From positions 1 to 25,458 of the IMG/VR virus record IMGVR_UViG_3300037313_002006: 25,458 nucleotides of DNA; one strand, given 5' to 3'. The notes under the pieces are model-generated. The model searched no databases and was not told the origin of the DNA. It worked only from the letters and a program-made list of their open reading frames with translations. Positions 1-7,932 of this stretch are shown piece after piece; the first letter of the stretch is position 1; every line of letters starts with the position of its first letter. The DNA is from a virus. Lineage: Duplodnaviria > Caudoviricetes. The translations under genes and the position numbers were made by a program.

Positions 1-306
1 CACTGCCCCAATGGAGGGCTGCGCGACAAGGCGACGGCGGGTCAGCTGAAGGCCATGGGCGTGCTCGCTGGCGTCTGGGACCTTGGGTTCATCTGGCCCA
101 ACGGCCAGATCTCCTGGCTGGAGCTGAAGGTCGGCAAGAACGGCCTCGAAGACGATCAGATCACCTTCGGCGAGCGCGTCCGCGCCAATCACTGCGCCAC
201 GGCTATGGCGTGGACCATCGAGGAAGCGGTGGCGATCATCGAGCGCTGGTGCGACGCGTTCGGCCTCAAGCTCCGCGCCCGCCTCGCCGGGAGGGCCGCG
301 GCATGA
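1..306 (+). CDS. VRR-NUC domain nuclease (5'-truncated by window edge)
   Basis: Frame open from base 1: HCPNGGLRDKATAGQLKAMGVLAGVWDL...WLELKVGKNGLEDDQ, the PNGG / GV..G..DL / ELK / Q pattern of phage VRR-NUC proteins. Confidence 0.8.
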   Translation, partial: HCPNGGLRDKATAGQLKAMGVLAGVWDLGFIWPNGQISWLELKVGKNGLEDDQITFGERVRANHCATAMAWTIEEAVAIIERWCDAFGLKLRARLAGRAAA

Positions 307-665
307 TGGGCCTGACCCGCCAGCAGGCGCGCGCCCTCGACTTCGTCAGGCGCTACGCCAACGAGCATGGGTTCTCACCCTCGTTCCAGGAGGTGGCCGC
401 CGGCGTCGGCCTGGCCAGCAAGGGCGGGGCCAAGCGGCTGCTCGACCATCTCAGGGACCGCGGTTTCATCTCCTTCGCCCCGCGCCAGGCCCGCTCCATC
501 CAACTCATCGAGCGACCCGCGGCGGGCGCCGATCTGAGCCGGCGCACCGACGGCGAGCTCAAGGCCCTGATCGATGCGGCGCGCGCGGAGCTGCGCCGGC
601 GGCACGGGGTCCATGAGCGAGGCGCGGCGGCCGAAACCAATGGCATGGGCTGGGGGGCGTCATGA
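303..665 (+). CDS. LexA-type winged-helix DNA-binding protein lacking the peptidase domain
   Basis: ATG at 303 overlaps the upstream TGA. LTRQQARALDFVRRY..EHGFSPSFQEVAAGVGLASKGGAKRLLDHLRDRGFI...PRQARSI matches the LexA N-terminal domain. No S24 autopeptidase follows. Confidence 0.8.
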   Translation: MMGLTRQQARALDFVRRYANEHGFSPSFQEVAAGVGLASKGGAKRLLDHLRDRGFISFAPRQARSIQLIERPAAGADLSRRTDGELKALIDAARAELRRRHGVHERGAAAETNGMGWGAS

Positions 666-1213
666 GCGGTTGGACCGACGAGCGGGTCGAACTCCTGAAG
701 AAGCTCTGGCAGGACGGACTTTCCGCCAGCCAGATCGCCAAGCAGATCGGCGGAGTGAGCCGCAACGCGGTGATCGGGAAGTTGCACCGCGTGGGGCTCT
801 CGGGCCGCGCGACCCCGTCAAAACCGCAGCGGACCGTGTTCAAGGCCCCCCGCCCGGCGCCAGCCCCGAGGCCGGCTGCCGCAGCGAAGCCCGAACGCCC
901 CGTGAAGCCGGATCGGCCCATGAAGCTGAGCGGCGAGGCCTGGTCGGTCGGCGTGATCGCTGCGCAGCCCAAGCCCCCGACGCCGATCCGGCACGAGGAG
1001 GAGGGCCCCGGAACGGCGACGGTGCTGACGCTCGGCGTCCACATGTGCCGCTGGCCCATCGGCGACCCGCAGGATGACGGCTTCACGCTGTGCGGCCGGC
1101 GCAAGGCGGATGGCGCCTCGTACTGCGTCGCCCATGGGCAGCTCGCCCACCGGCCGCGGCAAGCCAAGCACTCCGCCGGAGAACTGGCTCGCAGCCTGAG
1201 GCGCTACCTTTGA
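662..1213 (+). CDS. gcrA: GcrA cell-cycle regulator homologue
   Basis: N-terminus WTDERVELLKKLWQDGLSASQIAKQIGGVSRNAVIGKLHRVGLSGR, Pro/Ala linker, C-terminus GTATVLTLGVHMCRWPIGDP...FTLCGR...YCVAH...ELARSLRRYL. Both GcrA domains are present. Confidence 0.93.
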   Translation: MSGWTDERVELLKKLWQDGLSASQIAKQIGGVSRNAVIGKLHRVGLSGRATPSKPQRTVFKAPRPAPAPRPAAAAKPERPVKPDRPMKLSGEAWSVGVIAAQPKPPTPIRHEEEGPGTATVLTLGVHMCRWPIGDPQDDGFTLCGRRKADGASYCVAHGQLAHRPRQAKHSAGELARSLRRYL

Positions 1214-3309
1214 CCGCCGCGGCCGCCACTCCGGACTATGACGGCCTGGTCGCACAGGCCTTTGAAGGGGCGCGCCTGGCCTGCGGCGCGTCGCTCTCGG
1301 ACGCGTATCCGGACTATCCAGCTCGGGTACGGGTGCTGGCCGGCGCAGCGCTGTTCCGCGGCGGCTGGTTCCCGGCCAAGCGCGCGGCCCGCGACTGCCG
1401 CGTGGGGGACCAGTCGCGGCTCTCGCCCAGCCAGGTCACCCGTTGCGGCGTGACCGACGAAGATGTCGCGGCGGTGATCACGTTCCTCCGCAGCGGCGTC
1501 CCGCCGGCCGCCACACCTGACCCGCGGCCCGGCTCCAACGAGGAGCGGGCGTCGGCGGCCAACGAGACGCGGCTGCCGGAGGCGATACGCCTGTACGTGG
1601 AGGAGGGGCTGTCGCTGGAGGAGACCGGCGCGCGTCTCGTCCCGCCGCTCAGCGGCAGCCGTGTCCATGCCCTGCTCCACGACGCCGGCGTGACGATCCG
1701 TCCCCGTGGCACCCAGGCGAAGCAGCACAGGGACGGGCGCAGCCGCAACGCGCCCCAGCACGCCAATGCGCCCAAGCGCATGGCGGTGGCGCGGCATGGG
1801 GCGGCCGACATCGAGCCGGGGCGCGTGGTCGACCTGGCCGCGGCGCACCCCGCCGTCGTCGAGGGCCGCAGCCTGTTCGGGCCGAAGATGGTGGTCGGCG
1901 CCCATGAGAGCGCGCGTCTTCTCGTCTCGGGCCACAACAACACCAAGCTCGGCAAGCAGGTGCTGAAGGGCGACCGCGCCGGCTGGCCCATCTTCCACCT
2001 CACGCTGGAGGAGCGCGCGACCTGCCCCCGCAGCTGCCCCGTGTGGGCGGGATGCATGGGCAACGCCATGCCTTTCGCCCGGCGCCACCGCGCCGACGCG
2101 GCGCTGCTGCAGGCCCTGCGCGGCGAGATCGCGGCCATGGAGACGCGGTACCCCGACGGCTTCCTCGTCCGGCTCCACACCCTCGGCGACTTCTTTTCCG
2201 TCGGCTACGTCCTGTTCTGGGCCGAGATGCTGGCGGCGCACCCCGCGCTTCACGTCTTCGGCTACACCGCGCGCCGCGCCGACGACGAGGATGCCGAGAG
2301 CCGCAAGATCGCCGAGGCGATCGCCATCCTGACCCAGCATCGCTGGAACCGCTTCGCCATCCGCACCAGCCACGCCGAACCTGGTCCGCAGCGATCCGTC
2401 GTCGTCATGGCCGACCCCGGCCGGCCCGACCTGATCATGTGCCCAGCCCAGGCAAAGGCGACCGAGGCCTGCGCCACCTGTGGTCTCTGCTGGGCGGAGA
2501 CACCGCGCGACAAGGCGATCGGGTTTCTGAAGCACGGCATGAAGCGGCGCGCGCGCCGCATGGCCTCGGCCGCAGCCCCGCCGCCGCTGCACGTCCCACC
2601 GGAATTCGACGAGCCGCAACTCCCCGACGCACCCCTGCCGCCTCCGACCGACGCGCCCGTGCCGGTCGTGACGGCCGAGGTCCTGGAAGAACCCGGGGGC
2701 ATCTCGGCCGTGGAGCCGCAGAGCCGGCCCCTGACGCAGCTGCAGACCAGGACCCTGGCCGAACTGCAGCGCCGCGCCGACCCTGACGGCCTGCTCGTCT
2801 TCCGCGTGACCGACGTCATGGCGATCGTCGGCATGGACCGCTTCACGTGGCGAGCGGCGAAGGATGGGCTCGTGACGCGGGGCCTTGTCGTGCCGGCCCA
2901 TGTCAGCCGGGGCCCGGGCCCGACGGTCTTCCGGGTCGCCATGCCGGGACATCAGGGGTCGGTGGCGGAGGTCTCGGATGCCGCCATAGCCGCCGCCCTC
3001 GGCCGCGCCGATCTGCCGCCCCACGTCACGCCCCCCGTCGTGCCGGCCGACGGCGTCGCGCCCCGCCCCGCGGGTCCGTCGAGCTACGACACGGCCCACC
3101 CCCGTCCGGCGCCCGCACCAGCGCCGAAGAAGGCGCCGCCGCGACGGAGCGATGATCGCATGGTCCGCATGAAGCCGGTCAACGCCCGGATCGTGCGCTG
3201 GAGCCGCCAGCAGATCGCGTTCTTCGACGCCCCGGTCGAGCTGCTCGCCGACTGCTTCGAGGTCGACGCCGCAGATCTCCACCTCGCCCTGGCAAAGGCG
3301 GCCCCATGA
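1210..3309 (+). CDS. Multidomain protein with central GP88-like (radical-SAM-like Fe-S) domain and flanking HTH-like modules
   Basis: TTG at 1210 overlaps the gcrA stop (start inferred). NNTKLGK, TCPRSCPVWAGC, VRLHTLGDF, FGYT and CPAQ...CATCGLC motifs. HTH-like LYVEEGLSLEETGARL...VHALLHDAGVTIRPRG. Confidence 0.65.
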   Translation: MTAAAATPDYDGLVAQAFEGARLACGASLSDAYPDYPARVRVLAGAALFRGGWFPAKRAARDCRVGDQSRLSPSQVTRCGVTDEDVAAVITFLRSGVPPAATPDPRPGSNEERASAANETRLPEAIRLYVEEGLSLEETGARLVPPLSGSRVHALLHDAGVTIRPRGTQAKQHRDGRSRNAPQHANAPKRMAVARHGAADIEPGRVVDLAAAHPAVVEGRSLFGPKMVVGAHESARLLVSGHNNTKLGKQVLKGDRAGWPIFHLTLEERATCPRSCPVWAGCMGNAMPFARRHRADAALLQALRGEIAAMETRYPDGFLVRLHTLGDFFSVGYVLFWAEMLAAHPALHVFGYTARRADDEDAESRKIAEAIAILTQHRWNRFAIRTSHAEPGPQRSVVVMADPGRPDLIMCPAQAKATEACATCGLCWAETPRDKAIGFLKHGMKRRARRMASAAAPPPLHVPPEFDEPQLPDAPLPPPTDAPVPVVTAEVLEEPGGISAVEPQSRPLTQLQTRTLAELQRRADPDGLLVFRVTDVMAIVGMDRFTWRAAKDGLVTRGLVVPAHVSRGPGPTVFRVAMPGHQGSVAEVSDAAIAAALGRADLPPHVTPPVVPADGVAPRPAGPSSYDTAHPRPAPAPAPKKAPPRRSDDRMVRMKPVNARIVRWSRQQIAFFDAPVELLADCFEVDAADLHLALAKAAP

Positions 3310-3506
3310 GACAGGCCTTTGAAACCATCAAGCCGGAAGACATCGTCCGCCAGCTGGTCGCCAAGGTCGAGGTCCTGACCGTGGACCTGGTCGAGACGCG
3401 GGCGCTGAACGCCGACCTCCACGAACAGCTCGACCGGGCCAACGCCGCGGCGGTGCGCATGGCGCGCCGCGTGCGGCTGCCGGCGGCGCAGCGGCGGGCG
3501 GCATGA
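3306..3506 (+). CDS. Hypothetical small coiled-coil protein
   Basis: 66 aa, ATGA-coupled at both ends. Confidence 0.65.
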   Translation: MRQAFETIKPEDIVRQLVAKVEVLTVDLVETRALNADLHEQLDRANAAAVRMARRVRLPAAQRRAA

Positions 3507-3787
3507 ACGCGCCTCTCGCCACGCCGGCACTGCCGGACATCCTGGAAGCCGCGGACGCGGCGCAACGGGCCGACCTGGGCTGGGACGTACCGGTCGAGGT
3601 GGCGCTCTTCTGCACCTCCTCCGCCTTCAAGGCCGTGGTCAGGGGTCGCTACGGCCGCGGCCACTTCCCGAAATGCACGGCCCGGGTGTTCGCCCGCGGC
3701 GGGCGGTTCTTCGCCATCATCTACTTCCCCGGCCACACCGACCTTCTGCTGCCCCTGGACTGCCACACCCTGGAGAACCGCAAGTGA
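3503..3787 (+). CDS. Hypothetical phage protein
   Basis: 94 aa, ATGA overlap upstream and GTGA overlap downstream. Confidence 0.65.
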   Translation: MNAPLATPALPDILEAADAAQRADLGWDVPVEVALFCTSSAFKAVVRGRYGRGHFPKCTARVFARGGRFFAIIYFPGHTDLLLPLDCHTLENRK

Positions 3788-4116
3788 GCCGTCCCTGGGA
3801 CCCCGAAGAGATCGCCTGGGCGCGCGAGTGCTTCCACGCCGGGGACAGCTTCGAGGAGATCGCCGAGGCGGCAGAGCGCGCGGTGGACGAGGTGCGCGCC
3901 GTCCTGGGCTCGGGACACAGCATCGCGCCGCGCCAGCGGGAGGTGCTCAGCCTCTACACCTCCGGCTGCACCTTCGACGCCATCGCGCGCGAGCTCGGCT
4001 ACCGTGGGCCGAACGCCCGGAAGGTGCCGGCGACGGTCATAACCGGGCTGCGTCGCAGGGGCATTCCGATCCCGCTTCGCGCCGCGACGCATCCGCAGGC
4101 GAGGCCGGGGTCATGA
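3784..4116 (+). CDS. Tandem HTH DNA-binding protein
   Basis: GTG at 3784 overlaps the upstream stop. Two HTH-like units: WDPEEIAWARECFHAGDSFEEIAEA and RQREVLSLYTSGCTFDAIARELG. Confidence 0.65.
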   Translation: MSRPWDPEEIAWARECFHAGDSFEEIAEAAERAVDEVRAVLGSGHSIAPRQREVLSLYTSGCTFDAIARELGYRGPNARKVPATVITGLRRRGIPIPLRAATHPQARPGS

Positions 4117-4289
4117 CGCGCCGACAGGCATCACGCCCCGTCCATGATCGCAAGAAGGGCGGCCCCGACGTCCACCGCTGCGCCGAGCCGCTCTGCCCCG
4201 CCGACGGCACATGCGGCATCGGCTCGACCTGGTGGTGCGTCAGGCACGTGCCGACGGGGTTCTTCCCCCATGAGCGGGGGATGGCATGA
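4113..4289 (+). CDS. Small Cys/His (putative Zn-binding) protein
   Basis: 58 aa, coupled at both ends, HRCAEPLC...WWCVRH. Confidence 0.55.
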   Translation: MTRRQASRPVHDRKKGGPDVHRCAEPLCPADGTCGIGSTWWCVRHVPTGFFPHERGMA

Positions 4290-5509
4290 GCCGGGCGCAG
4301 TCGTCGCTGTTTGAAGGCTATCGAATGCCCGTGGGCGAGGCGGCCGAGGTCACGCTCGCGTCGCTGCGTTCATACGGGCCGAGCCATGAGCACTGGGCGC
4401 TCGCCTGGTCGGGCGGCAAGGACTCTACCGCGACCCTGACGCTGGTGGTGCACTTCATCCAGAGCGGGCAGCTGGAGGCGCCCCGGACGCTCACCGTCTT
4501 CATCTCGGACACACGCCTGGAGCTTCCGCCGCTATGGGTCGCCGCGCTGCTGATCATGGCGCGCTTGCGGGAGCTCGGGGTCCGCGTCGAGGTAGTCTGC
4601 GCCCCGATGGACGACCGGTACCTGGTCTACCTGCTGGGCCGCGGCGTGCCCCCGCCCAGCAATACGTTCAGGTGGTGCACGCCGCAGATCAAGGTCGAGC
4701 CCATGTCCGCGGCCATCGAGGCGCGGCTGTCGGAGATCGACGGCAACGTCCTGATGATCACCGGCGTGCGCCAGGGCGAGAGCGCGGTCCGCGACCAGCG
4801 CATCTCGCTCGCCTGCGCCAAGGACGGCGGCGAGTGTGGACAGGGCTGGTACCAGTCCGTGCTGCCGAATTCGAAGGGCGTCCGCGGCCGGATCGCGACC
4901 CTGGCCCCGCTGCTGCACTGGCGCGTGTGTCACGTCTGGGACTGGCTGAAGGTCTACGCCCCCATGGCCGAGTACGGCGCCTGGCCGACCCAGATGCTGG
5001 CCGACGCGTACGGCGGGGACGAGGCCGAGGAGCTCGACGCGCGCACCGGCTGCATGGGCTGCCCGCTCGCCAGCCGCGACCGGGCCCTGGAGAACATCGT
5101 GCGCATGCCGGGCTGGGGCCACCTCGCGCCGCTGCTGCGGGTCAAGCCGATCTACCGCGCCCTGCGCCTGCCGAAGCATCGGTTGAAGAAGACCGGCCTG
5201 AACGCCGACGGCTCGGTCGCCACGGCCAAGAACAAGCAGCGCATGGGGCCGTTGACGTTCGCCGCCAGGCTCTGGGCGCTGGGCGAGCTGCTCGCGATCC
5301 AGGCCGAGGTGAACGCGGCGGCCGCGCGCCTCGGCCGGCCGGGCGTCGACTTCCTCAACACCGCAGAGGAGGCGCGGATCAGGGAGTTGATCGCGGCCGG
5401 TACCTGGCCGGACGGATGGGCAGGCGATGAGCCCGTCGCCGACACGCCGATGGACATCGTGCACCCCGACGGCGCGATCCAACCGCTGCTGATTGGCGCG
5501 CTGTCATGA
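4286..5509 (+). CDS. PAPS-reductase family PP-loop protein, DndC-like
   Basis: PP-loop WSGGKDST, DTRLE, GRGVPPPSNTFRWCTPQIKVEP, GVRQGESAVR, RTGCMGCPL, and a DndC-like tail GPLTFAARLWALGELLAIQ. Confidence 0.82.
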   Translation: MSRAQSSLFEGYRMPVGEAAEVTLASLRSYGPSHEHWALAWSGGKDSTATLTLVVHFIQSGQLEAPRTLTVFISDTRLELPPLWVAALLIMARLRELGVRVEVVCAPMDDRYLVYLLGRGVPPPSNTFRWCTPQIKVEPMSAAIEARLSEIDGNVLMITGVRQGESAVRDQRISLACAKDGGECGQGWYQSVLPNSKGVRGRIATLAPLLHWRVCHVWDWLKVYAPMAEYGAWPTQMLADAYGGDEAEELDARTGCMGCPLASRDRALENIVRMPGWGHLAPLLRVKPIYRALRLPKHRLKKTGLNADGSVATAKNKQRMGPLTFAARLWALGELLAIQAEVNAAAARLGRPGVDFLNTAEEARIRELIAAGTWPDGWAGDEPVADTPMDIVHPDGAIQPLLIGALS

Positions 5510-6027
5510 CGCGGAAGCTTATCGCCATCCCGGTCAGCCTGCGCGAGGCCAACGCCTTGGTGGAGAACTTCCATCGACATTCGAGGCCGGTGCGTGGTCA
5601 CCAGCTGGCCGTCGCCTGCTCCGACGGTGAGGAGATGGCCGGCTGCGCCATCCTCGGGCGCCCAGTGGCTCGGGAACTGCAGGACGGCGTTACAGCGGAG
5701 ATCCTGCGCAGCGTCGTGCTTCCGGCGTTCCAGGCCGATGGCCCCAAAGGCCGGCTGCGCCATCCTCGGGCGCCCAGTGGCTCGGTCGCCCGCTCGGTGA
5801 ACTCCTTCCTGGAGGCCTCGCTTTGGCGGGCCTACAGGGCGCTCGGCGGCCGGCGGCTAGTCACGTACACCCTGGTCGGCGAGAGCGGCGCGAGCCAACT
5901 TGGCGCTGGCTTCCGGGTCGTCGCCGAGGTTCAGGCGCGCGAAGGCGAGGGTTGGCTCAACCGGCCTGGCCGCGATTGGCAACCCGTCTATGGACAGGAC
6001 AAGCTCCGGTGGGAGCGCGCGGCATGA
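5506..6027 (+). CDS. XF1762-family / Mom-like GNAT-fold protein
   Basis: PVSLREANALVENFHRH, GCAILGRPVAR.LQDG, RALGGRRLVTYTL..ESGAS..GAGF, KLRWE. Confidence 0.7.
   Translation: MTRKLIAIPVSLREANALVENFHRHSRPVRGHQLAVACSDGEEMAGCAILGRPVARELQDGVTAEILRSVVLPAFQADGPKGRLRHPRAPSGSVARSVNSFLEASLWRAYRALGGRRLVTYTLVGESGASQLGAGFRVVAEVQAREGEGWLNRPGRDWQPVYGQDKLRWERAA
5637..5785 (+). repeat. Perfect 37-bp direct repeat (5637-5673 and 5749-5785)
   Basis: GGCCGGCTGCGCCATCCTCGGGCGCCCAGTGGCTCGG occurs twice, 112 bp apart. Confidence 0.95.
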
Positions 6028-7112
6028 CGGTCCGCATTCTCACCGGCGACGCGCTGGAGCAGCTGCGCTCTCTCGACGACGACAGCGTCGACATGGTGTG
6101 CACCTCGCCGCCGTACTACGCTCTGCGCTCCTACCTGCCGGACGGCCACGCCGATAAGGCGCGAGAGATCGGGCTGGAGGAATCGCCGGCCGAGTTCGTC
6201 GAGCGCCTGGTCGCCGTCTTCCGAGAAGTCCGCCGGGTTCTGAAGCGCTCGGGCACGCTGTGGCTGAACCTGGGCGACAGCTACGCCGGATCCTGGGGTG
6301 CCCAGGGCAAGCGGGTCACGCCGGGCGAGATTTCGCGCAACTCCATCGTGAACCACCCAAAGCGGGGAAGGCAGACCGGCGCCATCCGTGAGGCAGGCCT
6401 CAAGCCGAAGGACATGATCGGCATTCCCTGGCGCGTGGCCTTTGCTCTTCAGGCCGACGGCTGGTGGCTGCGACAAGACATCATCTGGCACAAGCCGAAC
6501 CCGCTGCCCGAGAGCATCAGAGACCGATGCACCAAGGCGCACGAGTATGTCTTCCTGTTCTCGAAGGCTCGGCGCTACCACTTCGACGCTGATGCGATCA
6601 GCGAGCCGTGCAGTCCGGGCACCCACGCGCGGGTCGCTCAGAACGTTGCCGAGCAGATCGGGTCGAGCCGCACGCACGGCGGCCAAAAAACGATGAAGGC
6701 TGTGGTGAAGGCGCCGAAGACGGCGGCCAACGCGAAGGGGTCGCGGAACAACGAGAGCTTCAACAATGCGACTGCAGGGCTGGTGGTCGACCGGCGCAAC
6801 AAGCGGTCCGTCTGGACTATCGGTACGGAGCCATTCCCCGAGGCGCACTTCGCCACGTTCCCGCCGGCGCTAGTCGAGCCCTGCATTCTCGCCGGCTGCC
6901 CAAGTGGGGGTGTGGTGCTCGATCCGTTCGGCGGCGCCGGGACTACCGGCCTGGTCGCGTCGCGCCTGGGCCGCAGCGCCATCCTCATCGAGCTGAACCC
7001 GGAGTACGCGACCTTGGCTGACCGCCGCCTGCGCGCCGGACTCGCCCAGGTCGAGGGACCGCCGGCCGCTGCGCCCGACGGGCTGCCGCTCTTTGGCGGG
7101 GTCGCTGCATGA
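6024..7112 (+). CDS. Orphan DNA methyltransferase, N4-cytosine/N6-adenine, beta-class motif order
   Basis: ATG at 6024 is coupled. Catalytic TSPPYY precedes SAM-binding VLDPFGGAGTT; also IIWHK.NP.PES...RCTKAHEY and HFATFP. Confidence 0.92.
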   Translation: MTVRILTGDALEQLRSLDDDSVDMVCTSPPYYALRSYLPDGHADKAREIGLEESPAEFVERLVAVFREVRRVLKRSGTLWLNLGDSYAGSWGAQGKRVTPGEISRNSIVNHPKRGRQTGAIREAGLKPKDMIGIPWRVAFALQADGWWLRQDIIWHKPNPLPESIRDRCTKAHEYVFLFSKARRYHFDADAISEPCSPGTHARVAQNVAEQIGSSRTHGGQKTMKAVVKAPKTAANAKGSRNNESFNNATAGLVVDRRNKRSVWTIGTEPFPEAHFATFPPALVEPCILAGCPSGGVVLDPFGGAGTTGLVASRLGRSAILIELNPEYATLADRRLRAGLAQVEGPPAAAPDGLPLFGGVAA

Positions 7113-7288
7113 GGTGCGTGTTCACAGTCCCTCACGGCGCCGAGATCGAGTTCGGCATCAGCGGCGCGATTACGATCCGCCACCCAAGGTACGCCACGGT
7201 CCGCCTCCGCGCGAAGCTGCCCGGCGCCTTCAAGTGGCGACTGTCGGCGATCACGACCAAGGGCCAGACGCTGGAGCTGCGCCGATGA
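7109..7288 (+). CDS. Hypothetical 59-aa protein (not in ORF track)
   Basis: MRCVFTVPHGAEIEFGISGAITIRHPRYATVRLRAKLPGAFKWRLSAITTKGQTLELRR fills the gap exactly, with ATGA overlaps at both ends. Confidence 0.65.
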   Translation: MRCVFTVPHGAEIEFGISGAITIRHPRYATVRLRAKLPGAFKWRLSAITTKGQTLELRR

Positions 7289-7932
7289 TCGCGTACGCCA
7301 GCCGCACCGGGACGCGCCGAAACCTCGACGCCATGCGCGCGGTCAACACCGCTCTCGGATTCGATTTCTGGCGCCTCCTCGTCTCGCGCGCCGGCGTGTG
7401 GCGGACCGAGGGCTTCCGCTACTGCCTCGACAACGGCGCGTGGTCTGATTTCCAGGCTGGCGGCGCCTTCGACGATGAGGCCTTCGACGGTCTCCTGGAG
7501 CGGCTGGGGGGGGGCGCCGACTGGGTCGTGCTGCCCGACATAGTCGCCGGCGGCCGCACCTCGCTCGACTTGTCGCTGCGTTGGATGAACCGGGCCATGG
7601 CCATGTGTGACCTGGTCCTCATTGCTGTGCAGGACGGCATGGACCCTGCAGACCTCGCGCCGTACGTCGGCCCGCGGGTGGGCATCTTCCTCGGCGGCTC
7701 CACCGACTGGAAGCTGGCCCGGATGGCGCTTTGGGGTGCGGCCTGCGCCGACTGGGGCTGCTGGTACCACGTCGCGCGTGTGAACACGGCTCGCCGCTTC
7801 CGCATGGCGCATGACGCCGGCGCAACCTCCATCGACGGTTCCAGCGCGACGCGGTTCGCGAAGACCCTGCCGCTGCTGGAGGCCGCGCGCCGTCAGCCTT
7901 CGCTGCTCTCCCCGCGGAGGAGGGCGGCATGA
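7285..7932 (+). CDS. Minimal tRNA-guanine-transglycosylase-like (DpdA-like) TIM-barrel protein
   Basis: LDNGAW (TGT DSGG-like Asp), VLPDIV, AVQDG, FLGGS, YHVARVN and SIDGSS (second catalytic Asp position) occur in TGT order. Confidence 0.62.
   Translation: MIAYASRTGTRRNLDAMRAVNTALGFDFWRLLVSRAGVWRTEGFRYCLDNGAWSDFQAGGAFDDEAFDGLLERLGGGADWVVLPDIVAGGRTSLDLSLRWMNRAMAMCDLVLIAVQDGMDPADLAPYVGPRVGIFLGGSTDWKLARMALWGAACADWGCWYHVARVNTARRFRMAHDAGATSIDGSSATRFAKTLPLLEAARRQPSLLSPRRRAA

Noticed and set aside
5637-5785. 37-bp repeat as a diversity-generating retroelement TR/VR pair or att/target-site duplication
   Set aside because: Copies are identical with no adenine-specific differences, and no reverse transcriptase, integrase or transposase is in the window.
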